The notes under the pieces are model-generated. The model ran no database searches. It was not told where the DNA came from and saw nothing but the letters and a program-made list of their open reading frames with translations. A stretch of 64,000 nt of DNA from Macrostomum hystrix (Eukaryota > Animalia > Platyhelminthes): the NCBI GenBank assembly GCA_950097015.1, contig CATNEN010000001.1, positions 24,614,001-24,678,000 of the forward strand. The letters run 5' to 3'. The translations under genes were made by a program, and so were the position numbers. Below, piece after piece: positions 63,701-64,000 of this stretch. Numbering within the stretch: the first letter of the stretch is position 1; the number at the start of each line of letters is the position of its first letter.

Positions 63701-64000
63701 CAACATACAACACATTGCTAATCCGGGCTGCATCTCGCTGCTTTTATATATTTTTTGTTAATTAAAAGTAAAGTACTTGTCTTCGTTCCTCGAACCCAGT
63801 TTCTGTTTAAGGCAGTGTTTTCACAGTGTACTCTTTGAGCACTCTTAAGTACTCGTACTCTGGTACTCTTTAAGGGCGTAGCAATAGAGTACTCTGGTAT
63901 TCATTTAAAGTGCGTACTTTGAAGTGGGCGAGTACTTTTTAAAGTGCAACGCATTTCAGTCTGTCATCATCAATCCTAATTTTGTACTATATGAAAGTGT
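57785..64000 (+). mobile_element. Helentron-like element, copy E (cut by the window edge)
   Basis: Same 5' terminus, hairpins and cargo as copy D. Confidence 0.85.
62431..63250 (-). mobile_element. Solo LTR inside copy E
   Basis: Same sequence as in the other A-type copies. Confidence 0.78.

Overview
Eukaryotic (invertebrate-like) repeat-rich genomic DNA. The first 8 kb holds two probable host genes (a coiled-coil protein and a 2-TM protein with a Q/P-rich tail), two tRNA-derived SINEs and minisatellites. An intact CsRn1-type Ty3/Gypsy element (9060-13395) has apparently identical 208-bp LTRs, a CTAT target duplication and a clear -1 frameshift signal. About half of the window consists of five copies of a large (5.8-6.9 kb) non-coding, Helentron/Helitron2-like element. 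It has 13-bp subterminal inverted repeats, a 3' stem-loop, a CTAG end, two long perfect hairpins and swappable cargo (a solo LTR plus a gene-fragment-like frame, or minisatellites). Every copy sits at CTAG^TT, a site that mimics its own end-to-end junction. Three copies interrupt a second, minus-strand Gypsy element and bracket a 10,016-bp tandem duplication of its pol. Downstream of that pol, a ~396-aa accessory ORF with its own TATA box is split by a full-length 4.2-kb RTE-like LINE (14-bp TSD). The LINE begins with an HDV-like ribozyme with an unusually expanded L3 loop and encodes a 2A-like (TIEKNPGP) motif ahead of the endonuclease. All alignments were made by eye; no database searches were run.
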